A stretch of 64,000 nt of DNA, taken from Hyphochytrium catenoides (Eukaryota; Protista; Hyphochytriomycota). The translations under genes and the position numbers were made by a program. Shown here one piece after another: positions 52,360 through 64,000 of this stretch (position 1 is its first letter; every line of letters starts with the position of its first letter). Location of the stretch: positions 62,001 through 126,000 of the forward strand of contig FLMG01003337.1 in assembly GCA_900088475.1 (NCBI GenBank), given 5' to 3'. The notes below the pieces were generated by a model that saw nothing but the letters and a program-made list of their open reading frames with translations, was not told the DNA's origin and made no database searches.

Positions 52360-53202
52360 ATGGTCAAGGAGCTATCCCCTCCTGCACTGCGCACCTTCCT
52401 CTCAATCCTTCCGTGCTTGCTGGTGCAAGTGCTCTACCTAAGTCCTCTATTCTCGGTGCGGGAGATACTGAAGAAGAAATCGACAGAGGACAAGAGCCCC
52501 ATGCCGTTCATCGGCATCCTCAATAATGGGGCAATTTGGTCCCTCTACGGGTTCCTGGTGGCGGATCTCACAGTCGCCATTCCCAACATTACAGGTGCTA
52601 TCCTTGGCATATTTGGCACAGCAGTGTTCTCCAAATACTGTCGGATGGACGTAAGACCTTATATCGCTGCAGCGGCTGCCATAAATGTCACGGCTGTTGT
52701 TATCGCAACTACAGTCCCAAACCCACCTGCTCCGGCGATAGTGGGATATCTTGGGTGTGCCGTCACCGTTATTCTCTTCGCATCCCCGCTGGCCACAATT
52801 GTGCACGTTGTCCGGACAAAGGACACCTCGTCTATGCCCTTTCCTATGTCGGTAGCAGTCGTATGCAATGCCCTCAGTTGGGTTGTTTATGGCGTACTTG
52901 TGGCTGAGGATATTCTGATTTACATTCCCAACGCCATTGGGCTGGCTTTGGGGATTCTACAACTGTTTGTCTACGCAAGATATCGCAGGTATAGCCGTGA
53001 GCGCAATAGCCTTGTGACTACTTGTTGCGGAGACAGGGACTGTAGCCCTCACCACCACTTGGTGACAAGTGCTTCGTCTGAGGGAGGGGACCTGAAGAAG
53101 CCAACTAGGGGACAAGGTGAAAGCGATGAGATGGAAAACGATGGTAGGGCACCATCACCTATCCTCTCTAGACCCGGCGTGGATTATGTTCCTTTAGCTT
53201 AG
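52360..53202 (+). CDS. SWEET (MtN3/saliva) sugar transporter, intronless
   Basis: Two MtN3 repeats: YLSPL..ILKKKST..SPMPF..W.LYG..IPN and FASPLATIVHVVRTKDT.SMPF..W.VYG..IYIPNAIG..LQL. Confidence 0.95.
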   Translation: MVKELSPPALRTFLSILPCLLVQVLYLSPLFSVREILKKKSTEDKSPMPFIGILNNGAIWSLYGFLVADLTVAIPNITGAILGIFGTAVFSKYCRMDVRPYIAAAAAINVTAVVIATTVPNPPAPAIVGYLGCAVTVILFASPLATIVHVVRTKDTSSMPFPMSVAVVCNALSWVVYGVLVAEDILIYIPNAIGLALGILQLFVYARYRRYSRERNSLVTTCCGDRDCSPHHHLVTSASSEGGDLKKPTRGQGESDEMENDGRAPSPILSRPGVDYVPLA

Positions 53203-54391
53203 CTTCATGATCGCATTTCGGCTGGAAGGATAGCAAAGTTCTCACGGTAGTAGAATGACCAAGCATTCTGTTTTGGTAGCTGAGATTCAGTTCACGAGCC
53301 AGAGGATGAGGTGAGCTTCTATTCGGCAGCACTGATGATGTGGTTGCTGGGTTTCTATGCTTCTGGTGGGCGGTTGGGTTGGTAAAGCTGCATAATAGAG
53401 TGCCGCCCAGGAAAATTACATCAAGATAGTGATCACCAGGCAAGCAAGCATCGTTGATCACGGTGCGAAGGAAGGGAAGGGGACAGGCAGGCGTTTAAAC
53501 TAATTTGGAGACAAAGGCCGTCGCTTCCTTAATTACAGAAGACTGCAACCTATCTCTCCAAGTCGTCGCAGGTAGTTCAGTACGTACTACGGTCCTTAGT
53601 ACAACCAAAAGACTCTCTGTTTGTATCCTAATCCAGCTGTCAGCTTGGAAGTATATATTGTCATTAATTGGCTTCGCCCCAAGGTCTCGATTGTATGGAA
53701 TCAATGTCTTATCCATCGTTTGCAACAAGATTTGCTTCTTGTTGAGGCGGGCGAGGAAAGAGTGAGGTGGGTGAACCACGCGAATAGTTGTACATGCTGC
53801 TGATATGGATTATGGCACTCGAAAGGCGCGAAAGTTGAGAGAGTAGAAAAAAGGTCGCGTGAGTCTCAACCTAACAATAGGGTGCAATGCCACCCCAACC
53901 GCTGACATAGTAGTATCTACATGTTCTTCTGGTGCTGCAGCAGCCAAGCGATTCCTTGTGCGGACCAATGGCCATCTCATACATGCTACTGCACGGTCTT
54001 TTGACCCTAAGCAAGCAATTTCCCGTCTGTGCAGGGTAACTGTTATCTAAATATTACCCGGTCCACATGCTTGACTATCCAAATCTCGGCCACCCGCACG
54101 TAGATCTACCTCCTTGCTATTGGGTCCCGCTAGTTCGCAGCGTTGCGTTTCTATCTCTTGCGTGCTTCCCAAATTGTACCGAGGGGTTCATCAACCTGAA
54201 GATAACGCGGCACCAACAACGATCGTAGCACTATGGCCGAGAATGCAATCGTGATAGTGCTTTCCTCCTTCTTGGTCCTTATAATATCTGTACAGTTAGT
54301 GTATGGTGCCCATGATGAGAAGGGGCGTGAACAGTTGTAAGGGACTATTCGTAGCAAGAGAGAGAGAATCGAAAAGGGAAAGGACACACAG

Positions 54392-54397
<6 letters not shown>

Positions 54398-54451
<54 letters not shown>
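54398..54451. repeat. (GA)n microsatellite
   Basis: About 27 GA units with one interruption. A purine-rich tract follows at about 54850-55120. Confidence 0.95.
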
Positions 54452-55419
54452 TTCCGCACCTCAGATAGAGAGATGATCCCTAGTTAGAGACATAGATAGA
54501 TCCTTGTATCTTTCACGTGCTGAAGTGCTGTAAGTGCTGATGATGGCAGCTTGGCCTTCTGACCTGCGTCAGTAATAATACTAGCACCTCAACCTGTCAA
54601 GGTATAGGAGATGTAAAATAGTACGCTGGAGCTGAAAGGTTCTGATCATCTAACCATCCATTCCCACTACCCCCATATTACTACTTCCGCCGTATGCTTT
54701 ATATATACGCGGGTGATTATGATTATTCACGTTTATTATTACGTAAGTCAAGCGTATGGGTTCTGATGGCCAACCTTGGACCGAAGAGCTGCTTTCCTCC
54801 TCCTCCTTCCTTCCTTTCCCTCCTTCCCTGGTACACAAGGAGCTGGTGATTGGAGGAGAAGTGAAGAAGAGAGAGGGGAGCGATGGAGAGCGAGAGGCAG
54901 AGAGAGAGAATGGCGGGAGAGAGAAAGATAGCTACCGAGAGGAAGATGAGAGAGAGTGAAGGTGACAGAGGGAGAGAGAGAGAGAAAGAGTGAAAAGAGG
55001 ACCGTGCGAGAGAGGAGAGAGGGGCCAATAGCGGGAGAGAGAGAGGGAAACGGAGCAAACATAGACGAGGAAGGACAACGACAAGAAAGTGGGGAGTGGA
55101 AGGGAGTGAGGTGGAGACTGGGAACAAGAGAGCACCTACAGTAATTAAGATCCGGTCATACCAGGGCTTGGAAAGTATAATTGGAGATAAGAGAGAGGGA
55201 GACGAATTGTGGAGACAGGATAAACGTCTTCCAGACAGCGTGCGAACTTGCAAAACAAGGCAAACAGAGGAGTGCTAGGCCCTACTGCTCCGGCGCCCGT
55301 CCAACTCCCTCGGAGGCAGCCACTTTAGCAGCATCAAAGCTCTGCTGCATACGCCCGCGAAGACCGCTTTGTACTTCATCGTGTCCTGTTTTCAGAGGTC
55401 CATCACACGTCTATCCACT

Positions 55420-57740
55420 ATGGCGTATGGGGAGAGGTCACCGCTTCTGGCCTCTCCGACGAAGGGGGCAGCAGAGGAGAAGCAGGAAAGCTTTGCCTGG
55501 ACGGTGGCCGTAATCTCAGTCATGGGAGTTCAGATATCTGCAGCTACTATTGCCCGCATCCTGCTTGGATCTATTGACGTCGGGTTCTTGGGACATCTAG
55601 GAGGAAAAGAGTTAGCAGCTTCCGCAATGGCGCAGTTGTACACCAGCGTGCCGCTTACCTTTGTCTGGGGTACCACGGCTTCCCTCATCACGGTAGGGAC
55701 AGGAGTAGTTGTGGAAGTAGGAGCGCGATACATAGAGAGAGAGAGACTCTGGAGGGACATAATGAGTAGAGAGCTCTTTCTAATTGTCACTTCTAAGACC
55801 TGAAGGTGCATCTACCTTACACCTAGCTTCTTTTCTGGTCAATTGGTAGCTCACTGGGCTCTTGGTTACTTGTTGCAGCTCTGCGGTCAAGCATATGGAG
55901 CCGGAAACTACAAGCTCGTCGGCACTTGGCTGCAGTTCGGTCTGCTTTTTTCTTCAGTTGCAGCGATACCTGTCTTTGTTTGCTTCTGGTACAACCGTGT
56001 GCTTCTTTCGTTGACGCTTGATGACGCGGAGGTGGTAGAGCTCGGCAGTCTTTTCTCTCGAGTTATATCCATTTCCATCTGGCCCCAGTTGTGGTATGCC
56101 TGTCTCAGGTCAGTGGCTATCTATCAATCCACTCTCTGTCTGGCCGCAATTCTCTTCAGTCTCCTAGATGATAATGGCTGCTGCATCTTACTTGTCAATC
56201 TTAAACTCTCTCGACCGTATATTTGCGTTACCCCTCCAGGAAGAGCGCAGGCTGACCTGGGCTGGTTATACTTTGGTTGACAACCTCTGCCTTCTCCTTT
56301 GCGTTGCTCATAAGTCATCTTTAGATAGCACTTCTTTAACAGCTTTCCCATAATCTGTAGGCAGTACTTCCAGTCCATGGGTTACATCTACCCCACCACC
56401 GTCACAGGCGTCTCCGCCGTTGCTGTCTCCGCCGCACTCAACTACATTCTCATCTTTGGTTGGGGCGGCTTACAAGGTCTTGGCTTCATCGGTTCCCCGA
56501 TGGCTACTGACATTGCGGCGTTCTACCAGCCTCTCGTTCTATCTCTTTTCTGTTGTGTGGTCATGAAGTACCATAGAAAGACGTGGCACGGCTGGTCTCT
56601 TGACGTGCTAACCTGGGAAAGGTTGAAGAGCTTCCTCTCTATGGTAAGAAGGTTCTATGCAATGGGCCATATGTTTGTAGTTTCCCAGCAGCTGGGGGCT
56701 CTCTCACCGTCGCTTCTCTTGTCTCGCTGTACCTGCCACTTCCAGTCTCCTAAGCTCTTTGAATGTCTCTAGTCTGAGCCTTCACAATCATTTTCGGTCG
56801 GTTCTTCTTCTCCAATCCTGTGTGGATAAGCATACTATCTTTCAACTTTAGCTTTCTTTCCTGATTAACATTTTCCTGTCTTTAGGCTGTACCAGTTGCG
56901 GCGGCTGACACCGTTCCATCCATCGCACTCTCAATGGTTGGGGCCATCGCCGGGCGGATGGGTTCGGACGTAGTAGCCGCGAACTCTATTGTCTCTGGTC
57001 TCTGGAGCATCATGTGGGCTCTCTTTTGGGGCTTTGGATGCGCCTCTCAGGTGAAGGTGGCCAACTTTCTCGGCGCAGGGAAGGCAAATTCAGCTCGTCG
57101 AGCGCTGCAAGCAGGCATCCTTTGCACTGTGGTCATTGTCCTCGTCATTCTGTCTCTCACCACGCTCTTCAACCACCAACTCTTTGGCCTGTACACCACC
57201 GACCTCACCATCATCGAAAATTGCAAATCCATTTGGCCATGGGTAGCCCCTGGGTTTGTGATTGAGAGCTTTGAACTGTTATTTATGTCGTGCTTCCAAG
57301 GTATGGGCGAGGTCGGTCGGACATTCTGGGTGAATACCCTCTCCACTTGGCTCGTACACCTACCGTCCGCCTTCCTCTTCGGAATTTACCTCGACTATCG
57401 CCTGAAAGGTCTCTGGATGGCAAGCTTACTATCTGAGGTTGTCAAGCTTGCGGTCTTTGCTTGGTATATGATGAATGTGGACTGGGAAGCGCAGGCGATG
57501 AAAGCACAAGCCCTTGCAGAGGTAGAACAGGCACAAGGTGCACCAGAAGACGATCAAAAGACTGTCAACGCTGAGATTGGAATTGTAGAGGCCCAGCTGT
57601 CCAGCCCCCATCTACCTATGACGCCGCAAGCTTCGTCACTCCTTCGAGTACGCGATACGATGAACATCAAAAACAAGCTCCGACATGACGCTGCCGAGGG
57701 TGAATATCAAAAGTTGAAGCGCACCATTTCTGCCATATAG
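55420..57740 (+). CDS. MATE family efflux transporter (4 exons)
   Basis: IDVGFLGHLGGKELAASAMA, LCGQAYGAGNY, NYILIFGWGGLQGLGFIGSPMAT, VANFLGAGKANSARR and LKGLWMA. Confidence 0.93.
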
Positions 57741-58947
57741 ATCGAATATTATCTTGTTCCGAGCTACTAGATGGAGCTAATCTCCAGTAATACATAGACT
57801 TCTACGTTGTTCTCTGGCTGATGTTACTTTTGCCAAAACTTTATTGACCTTCTACGATTTCCTCAACGCTAAGATTCAGGGTTTCTCCTCATCGTGCAGC
57901 TGACAGTTAGCGAGGGAAGAAAAGGAATCCTCAGTAGCTAGGCAAGGAAGTGTTCGTCATCAAAGTCTATCACTAGTCCGCTTCCAGAGACAGCATCAAG
58001 GCTCCTTTGTTCAATCAAGGGCCCTAGAGAGTCCCCAAGCGGACCAACAATGTTTGAAGTGGGAAGTATGATGCCTTAGCTGTGAAGACTCGGTTGATAA
58101 GCGAGTCCACCAAGCACCTCCAGAGGTGGTCAGCATGTAATCTCCCCCGAAAGGTAAAGACTCCGTAGCGTTAAGTCGAAGCCTCCCACAGAGACACTAA
58201 AGGCAGAGGACCATTGTCAGTAGAAGAAGAACTAGGAAGAGTATGAGAACGAGGCATTCAAGAACGCGATGACAGCGATGACAGAGAGACATTGCTGTTG
58301 ACAGAGAGACCAGACCGTCCTGACCTTTCCAGTGAGGGACAAGTGAGCTGTCTCTATGAAGCTGTTTTTGACAACAGGTCAACTTTCTCGCTATAATTGT
58401 CAGAACTTGAAATGACCATCTGATTCTTCCCATTCTTCCTTACTCTTTTCTATAGTCTTACAGTTTGCCAGCATCTACTGCCAAGATTGACATTGTGGTA
58501 TCGTCTATGCTAGTAATCTGTGAGATTAACTGTCAAATAACGGTTCGTGAGTGATGTTTCACCACTCGTACTGTAGGAAGGCGAGAACTAACTCGAAGTT
58601 GGCCAGAAAGCTTGGTGTTTGGTGTTGGCGCTGAGTGCTGACACAGCTCGGAATAGCGGCCGCTTCGGGGTCATCTTGGCACCGACGGGATCCCAGTGGC
58701 AGTGACACGAGCGCAGGGTGGGCAAGGGAAGAGTGCATTGCGTTTCTATGCGCAGAAAGCGAGGGAAGAGCCACAGAAGAATAGTATACCTGGCACTTCT
58801 TGACTTTACGAGCTGACAACTGTAAGGCAAGCGTTGTCCGGGGCAGCTTACCTCTGGAGCTCCTTCCCAGATTAGACAGAGCAGCCTATCAATAGGAAGA
58901 AGCAAGCAGAGAAGTAGGCTAAGTACTTGCTTCTGGGAGAAGGAAGG

Positions 58948-60595
58948 ATGGCTAGAGCCTTCCGTTTCGAAGGAAATATAAACTGGTTTCCGGGCCATAT
59001 GACCAAAGCCTCAAAGTCCATTGAAGGATTGGTCAAGAAGGTGAGGTCAGAGGACTCCTTAATCTGCCTCCACTCTGTAGAAGCCGCGTTCTTTCTAAGC
59101 CCAGTCGCCTCCTCCTCCCTGTCACTTGCTTACTGCTTTCCCTTTGCAGGTAGACCTAATTGTGGAGGTTCGGGACGCAAGGATCCCTTTCTCCAGCGTA
59201 AACTCGCATCTGGAAAGCTTAACGCAACAGAAAAAGCGACTTGTTGTGTGCAATAAAAGCGACCTCTCGAACTCCCGTATGAATGAAAGAGTCAGAGCTA
59301 TATTGAAAGAGGAGCAGGGGCATGACTGTCTCTTTACCTCTGTCACTAAGGGCAGTAGAGTCATGGACGTCATTGACTGGGCCAAGAGGACCGCCAAACA
59401 AGAGTTCACGACAGGAGGTAACCCCCACATCTTCACTATGCAGACCTGCATGTCACCTCATGCTAGACTTCGGATGTAGAAGTAGTAGACTTCTGCCTCG
59501 TAGTCCCGTACGCTCTGATTTCCTCTTCCTATTGACTTCCTTCGTCCTGTTCACTGGGTGGTCTTGGTCGCTAGGTATCTTGACACCTAAATTACCGTGC
59601 TTTGTTCTCTCTTCTCTCCTTGGACAGTGGACTCTTCCCTACCATTTTCGCCCTCATTTTCTCCGTGCTATAGCTCTGGCATCCCCGTATCTTCGGAGCC
59701 TTCTCACCGTTCTCTTTGAATTATGATCCTGGTACAGCTCTCTCTTTTCTCCACATCTCCTCCATCTTCACGCCCATCCTTCACATTCTTGCTAGGCACC
59801 ATGCTCATGGTAATAGGCATGCCAAATGTCGGCAAGTCCTCATTAATCAACGCACTTAAAGCAAGATCCACGTCACTGGAGCTCCGAGGCAAGCGTTCTG
59901 CCAAAGTTGGCCCAACTCCAGGCGTCACACTTCAGACAAATCAATTTAAGGTGAGCCTCCACGTGTCTTCGCCAGACTCCTCGTCTCTCTGTTGCCAAGA
60001 CGCTTGCACTAAAGTTCTGGCCCTGGTGACTCCGTTTGTCCCCACGCCTTACCCTTGGCATGCTTTATGCTACGAAGCTCTATCTTTCCCTTCTTTGTCT
60101 TCGCTATAAACGCTTTTTGTCGTTGCTTGCCTCAACCCTTTCTATTGCTTTCCCTTGGCCAACCCCAACCCTGGTGACGGCCTGAAGATTGCAGTTTCTC
60201 CAGCCATTTACATGGTGGACACGCCTGGAGTCTTTGTTCCGAAAGTTGAAGACCCGGAAGTGGGTTGGAAGCTAGCGTTAACGGGAGCTGTACGCGACTC
60301 AGTCGTTGGAGAGACTGCTCTGGCCGAGTTTCTTCTCTACACTCTCAATCTGAGGTATCCTAAGAAATATTGCGAAGTGCTAGGACTGCAAAGGCCCTGC
60401 AGCGACATCAACTTCCTACTATCACTTGCCCAGAAAAAGGCAGGAGTGAATTCCGGCATGACTTCAGAAGAGCGAACCACTGCTGCAGCTCGGTATCTTC
60501 TCAAAGAATTCAGGAGAGGAGCCTTTGGACAGATAACACTTGATGATGTTGCCCTAGATGGAGGTGATGGCAAGAACACCAAGCCGAAGGGCTAA
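58948..60595 (+). CDS. MTG1: Mitochondrial ribosome-associated GTPase 1 (RbgA/YlqF circularly permuted GTPase)
   Basis: INWFPGHM, EVRDARIPFSS, NKSDL (G4), GMPNVGKSSLIN (G1), PGVT (G2), DTPG (G3), and FRRGAFGQITLD. Confidence 0.93.
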
Positions 60596-61182
60596 TGGAA
60601 GGCTGGTGCGCAAGCAATTCCTCGGGACCAGCAATAGCTAATCGACCTGACTTGGATGGTAGACGACGCCATTCAATACGTGGCCATTCACAATCGGAGG
60701 TTGCCAGGCAGGCATGTAGCAAACAAACACTGCCAACATGCCGCAATTTCTACCTCGCAGGCCACCAAGTCACATTTAGAAACATGCCAGGCCAGATTGT
60801 GAGTCTCCTTTCTGAATCCTTTTCCCCTAGTCGTTTGGAACAGCAACCTTCCGACAGCTAGCAACTACCACGGAGAACTGGACGTGTCCTTTCATAGAGG
60901 GAAAGCAGGAAGGGATAGCAATGGGTACCCATCTAGCATCCGAGGAAAATAGCAGAGATCTAGCTGGATAAGAGAGTGTGAGGCATCCTGTTCTACGAGG
61001 TAGCTTGTGTGAATGGCGTTATTAGGGAAAGGTGGCTACAAGCTATCACATTTAAACGTTAGGTATTAGAGCCTGATAAAAGGCGTTCTCAGTGGTGGAC
61101 AGTATGATAATAACATCAAGAGTCTTTCGATACATACTTTCACTCTGTCTCTTTGAGACTCCACCACATCCTCCTATATCCT

Positions 61183-64000
61183 TTATCTTTCTATTCCGTC
61201 GTTCATCACAAAGGCGGTCTCGTCTGCCAGTGTTCCTTGGCGGTAGCGGATTCGTATATCGGGTACATTGGTCATCTTTATATCTGTGGCAGCGGTGCAG
61301 ATTGAGATTGAAGAACAGGTCAGTGGATAATAAACGAGGACCTGGCTTAAAACAGTAAATAGACGGGAAGGACAAGAAGGAGAAAGCAACTATCTTTGCA
61401 CTGCCAGCACTTGTTCCTCCTCTACTTTCTCCACTTACCATTGCCTTGAGCTCCCTCGAGATACCTGTCCCCAAGGAAATGCGCCTTGAAAGGGTGCTCA
61501 AAACCACTCTGCAGGACGCTGTTCCTGGCTATCTCACACATGTCTGCAGACGAAAGTTTCCACACTTGCGCAGCTACGGAATACTCCTCCACCAAAGGAT
61601 CCTAGGATGCGCAAGACGTAGCACGGCTTGTGAGAAAGGCAAAATAAGAGAATGTGGGCCCCATACCCGAAGGAAAAGCCACGAAGGATCGCGCAAGAGC
61701 AAACAGTGTTCAAGAGAGTGTAAAATAGTCTGCCAGAGGGGCGTGTACCCATTCCATCGACTTGAAGTAGCAAACAAGGCCATAGAAAATACACATACAA
61801 GGAGAGCCCACGAGAAGTGGGAAGAAAGGAAAGACTCTTCACCTTTGTATAGTGTAGCATAAGCGGATCATCTGTGCTGATGGACACATTGAGGCCGCGG
61901 GCAAAGTATACTGGAAATGGGTTTCTATGGTAGTCCAGGAAGAGACGGTTGTTACTGAGTGGCGACATCGCTATGCCAATCTGCTTCAGGTAGTAGAGAT
62001 ACTGCAGACCAGGGGACTTGCGAAGCATGATGCCATGGTTGATCTGTAGTTGACGCCATGTGTCTCGTTAGAACAGTAACAAGAAACGAGATAGGAGAAC
62101 AGGCTCTTCGTGGGAAGTAGAACTTGAATAGTTAAAAAGTTCACATATGCAAAGCGAGAAAGCAAGAGATTGAAAGGAAGCCGACAAATGAGCGTCAAAA
62201 TTGTCCAAAATTTGTCTGCGCGAGATGTTAAAAGTTTGGAGCAGCATGCATCCGTCATCGCTGATTGCCAGCAGAAGATCATGCAGCGAAAGTTCGGGAC
62301 ACGGAGAGCACAGAAAGCTGGGTACCTGATCTGCAAAAAGGAAGGCGGCAGCTAGATGATCGGGATCACCCGCCTCCCCACAATGTGGCCGAAACTCAAA
62401 AGTGGAAAGGCCCTTTCCTGCCCGGAAGGTGTTCAGAGACTTCATGTTCGCACTTAGATAGTAGGTCCAGTAGTCATATGGGGGATTAGCATCGAAGTTC
62501 CAGTCTTTTGGCTTTGGCAGGTGGCGGTGAGGTGTGGCTCGGATCTGGGAAAACAGAAATCAAGAGGAAAGTTAGAAAGCTATATGAAGAGAAGCAAAAG
62601 CAACCACTCCGAGAGGAATCTGCCAGCAATGACGAAGGCTAGGTAACAGGTATGCCAGCACACAAGCTGCAAAAGACCGGACTATCAGACAAAGCGTAGT
62701 CCTGCCTTTTGGGCACGTCATGGCGTAGGAAGGAAAGGCCTAAATCTTGGTAGCTTACCGGCTCTGGCTTGCTTTCATCATCCACGCAATCGAAGCCCAC
62801 CACCGTGGCTAGGAAGATATGTAGTGCAGGGTTGGAAGAAGGGTCTAGAGAGACTTCAAAAAGAGGCTGGAAGATGTTGTCGATCATATCTTCAAAGTTG
62901 TCGATGTCTCCAGAACTGTAACAGTGCGGATCAATAAATGAAAGATAAGGGCAGAAAGGTGAGAAGGTGAGCAGGCGTGGCGGCCAATGGAAATGGAAAG
63001 CTGGTGAGCAGTCATGGAGGGCAAGGGAAATGAATCGCAAAATCCATAACATCGCGGATAAAGTGCAGGGACAATGCATACCCTAGGGTTCATAAGCGAA
63101 GTGGAGAATATTGGAAAGAGGAGATGAACTTGGAGAGTACGACCAGACCCCTTCCGCTCGTCGGTAAAGCCTCAAGTTTCTTACCGCTTATAAACGTGAT
63201 ATAGCCTGGGTATCTGTATGATCCAGCGCACGTGGTAGGCCGCTAGCTTATTGGTGTAAAACCAGCGGGCAAGCTTATCCCATTCGGAACCCTTTCTCCC
63301 ATAAATAGAGAGACGCCACTCCACGAGCTGGTACTTTGTTTGCTCCAAGTCACTCATAACCTCTTTCGTTAGCTCTGCTAGATACCTACGAAATAGAGTC
63401 GTAGTCAGAGAGCATCTGTGAGCGAGAGGCAAGCAAAGGCATGGTAGGAGTAGGCAGATTACTATTAGCAGAGCCACAGAGTGTGCCTAGCTCCAGNNNN
63501 NNNNNNNNNNNNNNNNNNNNNNNNNNNNNNNNNNNNNNNNNNNNNNNNNNNNNNNNCATAGCTTGGCCTGCCGCTGTACAAAGGCTAGTGCTCTGGAGAC
63601 GGCGGCCGCACACATAGATAACGTACGCCTAAAGAAGCAAAAGTTCTCTTACCGCCCAGCTATGAGGTTATCGGTTTTCAAAAATATCTCTCTCAATCTG
63701 CTCTGTCCGCAGGGGTTGTACTTCAAGTTGAAGCGATCAAAGCGGTGGAAGGTATTGGTGGCATGCATATCCAAAGTATCAACGCTACGTCGGGAAAAGG
63801 GGGTGAATGGGTCAGAAGCACTATTGAGCAGAAGGGACACGGTTCCACGGATATTGCAGGGCAGCAGTGCGGCATTATTGTTCGTCATAAAACATCAGAC
63901 CCCTGACAAATCTCCCTCTACTCATGTTCGCAACATGGCGGTCCGGACGGCCGTCAATAACAGTACCTCAGGTCATAGGCAGTGAGATGTAGAGAGTGGA
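61183..64000 (-). CDS. AMPD: AMP deaminase (5' part outside window)
   Basis: [72 protein letters not shown] and TNVPDIR. Confidence 0.97.
63497..63556. other. Assembly gap (60 N) inside an AMPD intron
   Basis: Run of 60 N. Confidence 1.

Noticed and set aside
54151-55253. ORFs with SLSLSL runs
   Set aside because: Translations of the GA microsatellite and purine tract.
1-64000. CRISPR array, rRNA or prokaryotic/viral insert
   Set aside because: No regularly spaced direct repeats, rRNA motifs or gene-dense intronless block seen.

Overview
Intron-rich eukaryotic nuclear DNA, about 50% GC with GT-AG introns of roughly 50-400 nt. The RPC2 sequence looks stramenopile/ochrophyte-like, and a dynein-2 light intermediate chain implies cilia; both are inferences. 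Genes in order: TPM-TM-RING protein (runs off the left edge), hypothetical protein, large WW/Tudor-like protein, RNA Pol III subunit RPC2, tRNA-Pro(AGG) just upstream of RPC2, TMEM135-like protein, TruA-type pseudouridine synthase, disordered GNAT protein, DYNC2LI1, SLC25A44-like carrier, TMEM104-like amino acid transporter, two head-to-head 7TM-RGS paralogs with a small TM/polyproline ORF midway between them, an intronless SWEET, a MATE transporter, MTG1, and AMP deaminase (runs off the right edge, 60-N gap). Best leads: (1) an unassigned, extensively base-paired ~310-nt element at 21419-21730 ending in TTTT, with a telomerase-template-like CTAACCCTA about 200 nt downstream; (2) the inverted 7TM-RGS pair inside a nutrient-transporter neighbourhood; (3) a Pol III gene in the promoter region of a Pol III subunit. 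Exon boundaries were inferred by eye and no searches were run.
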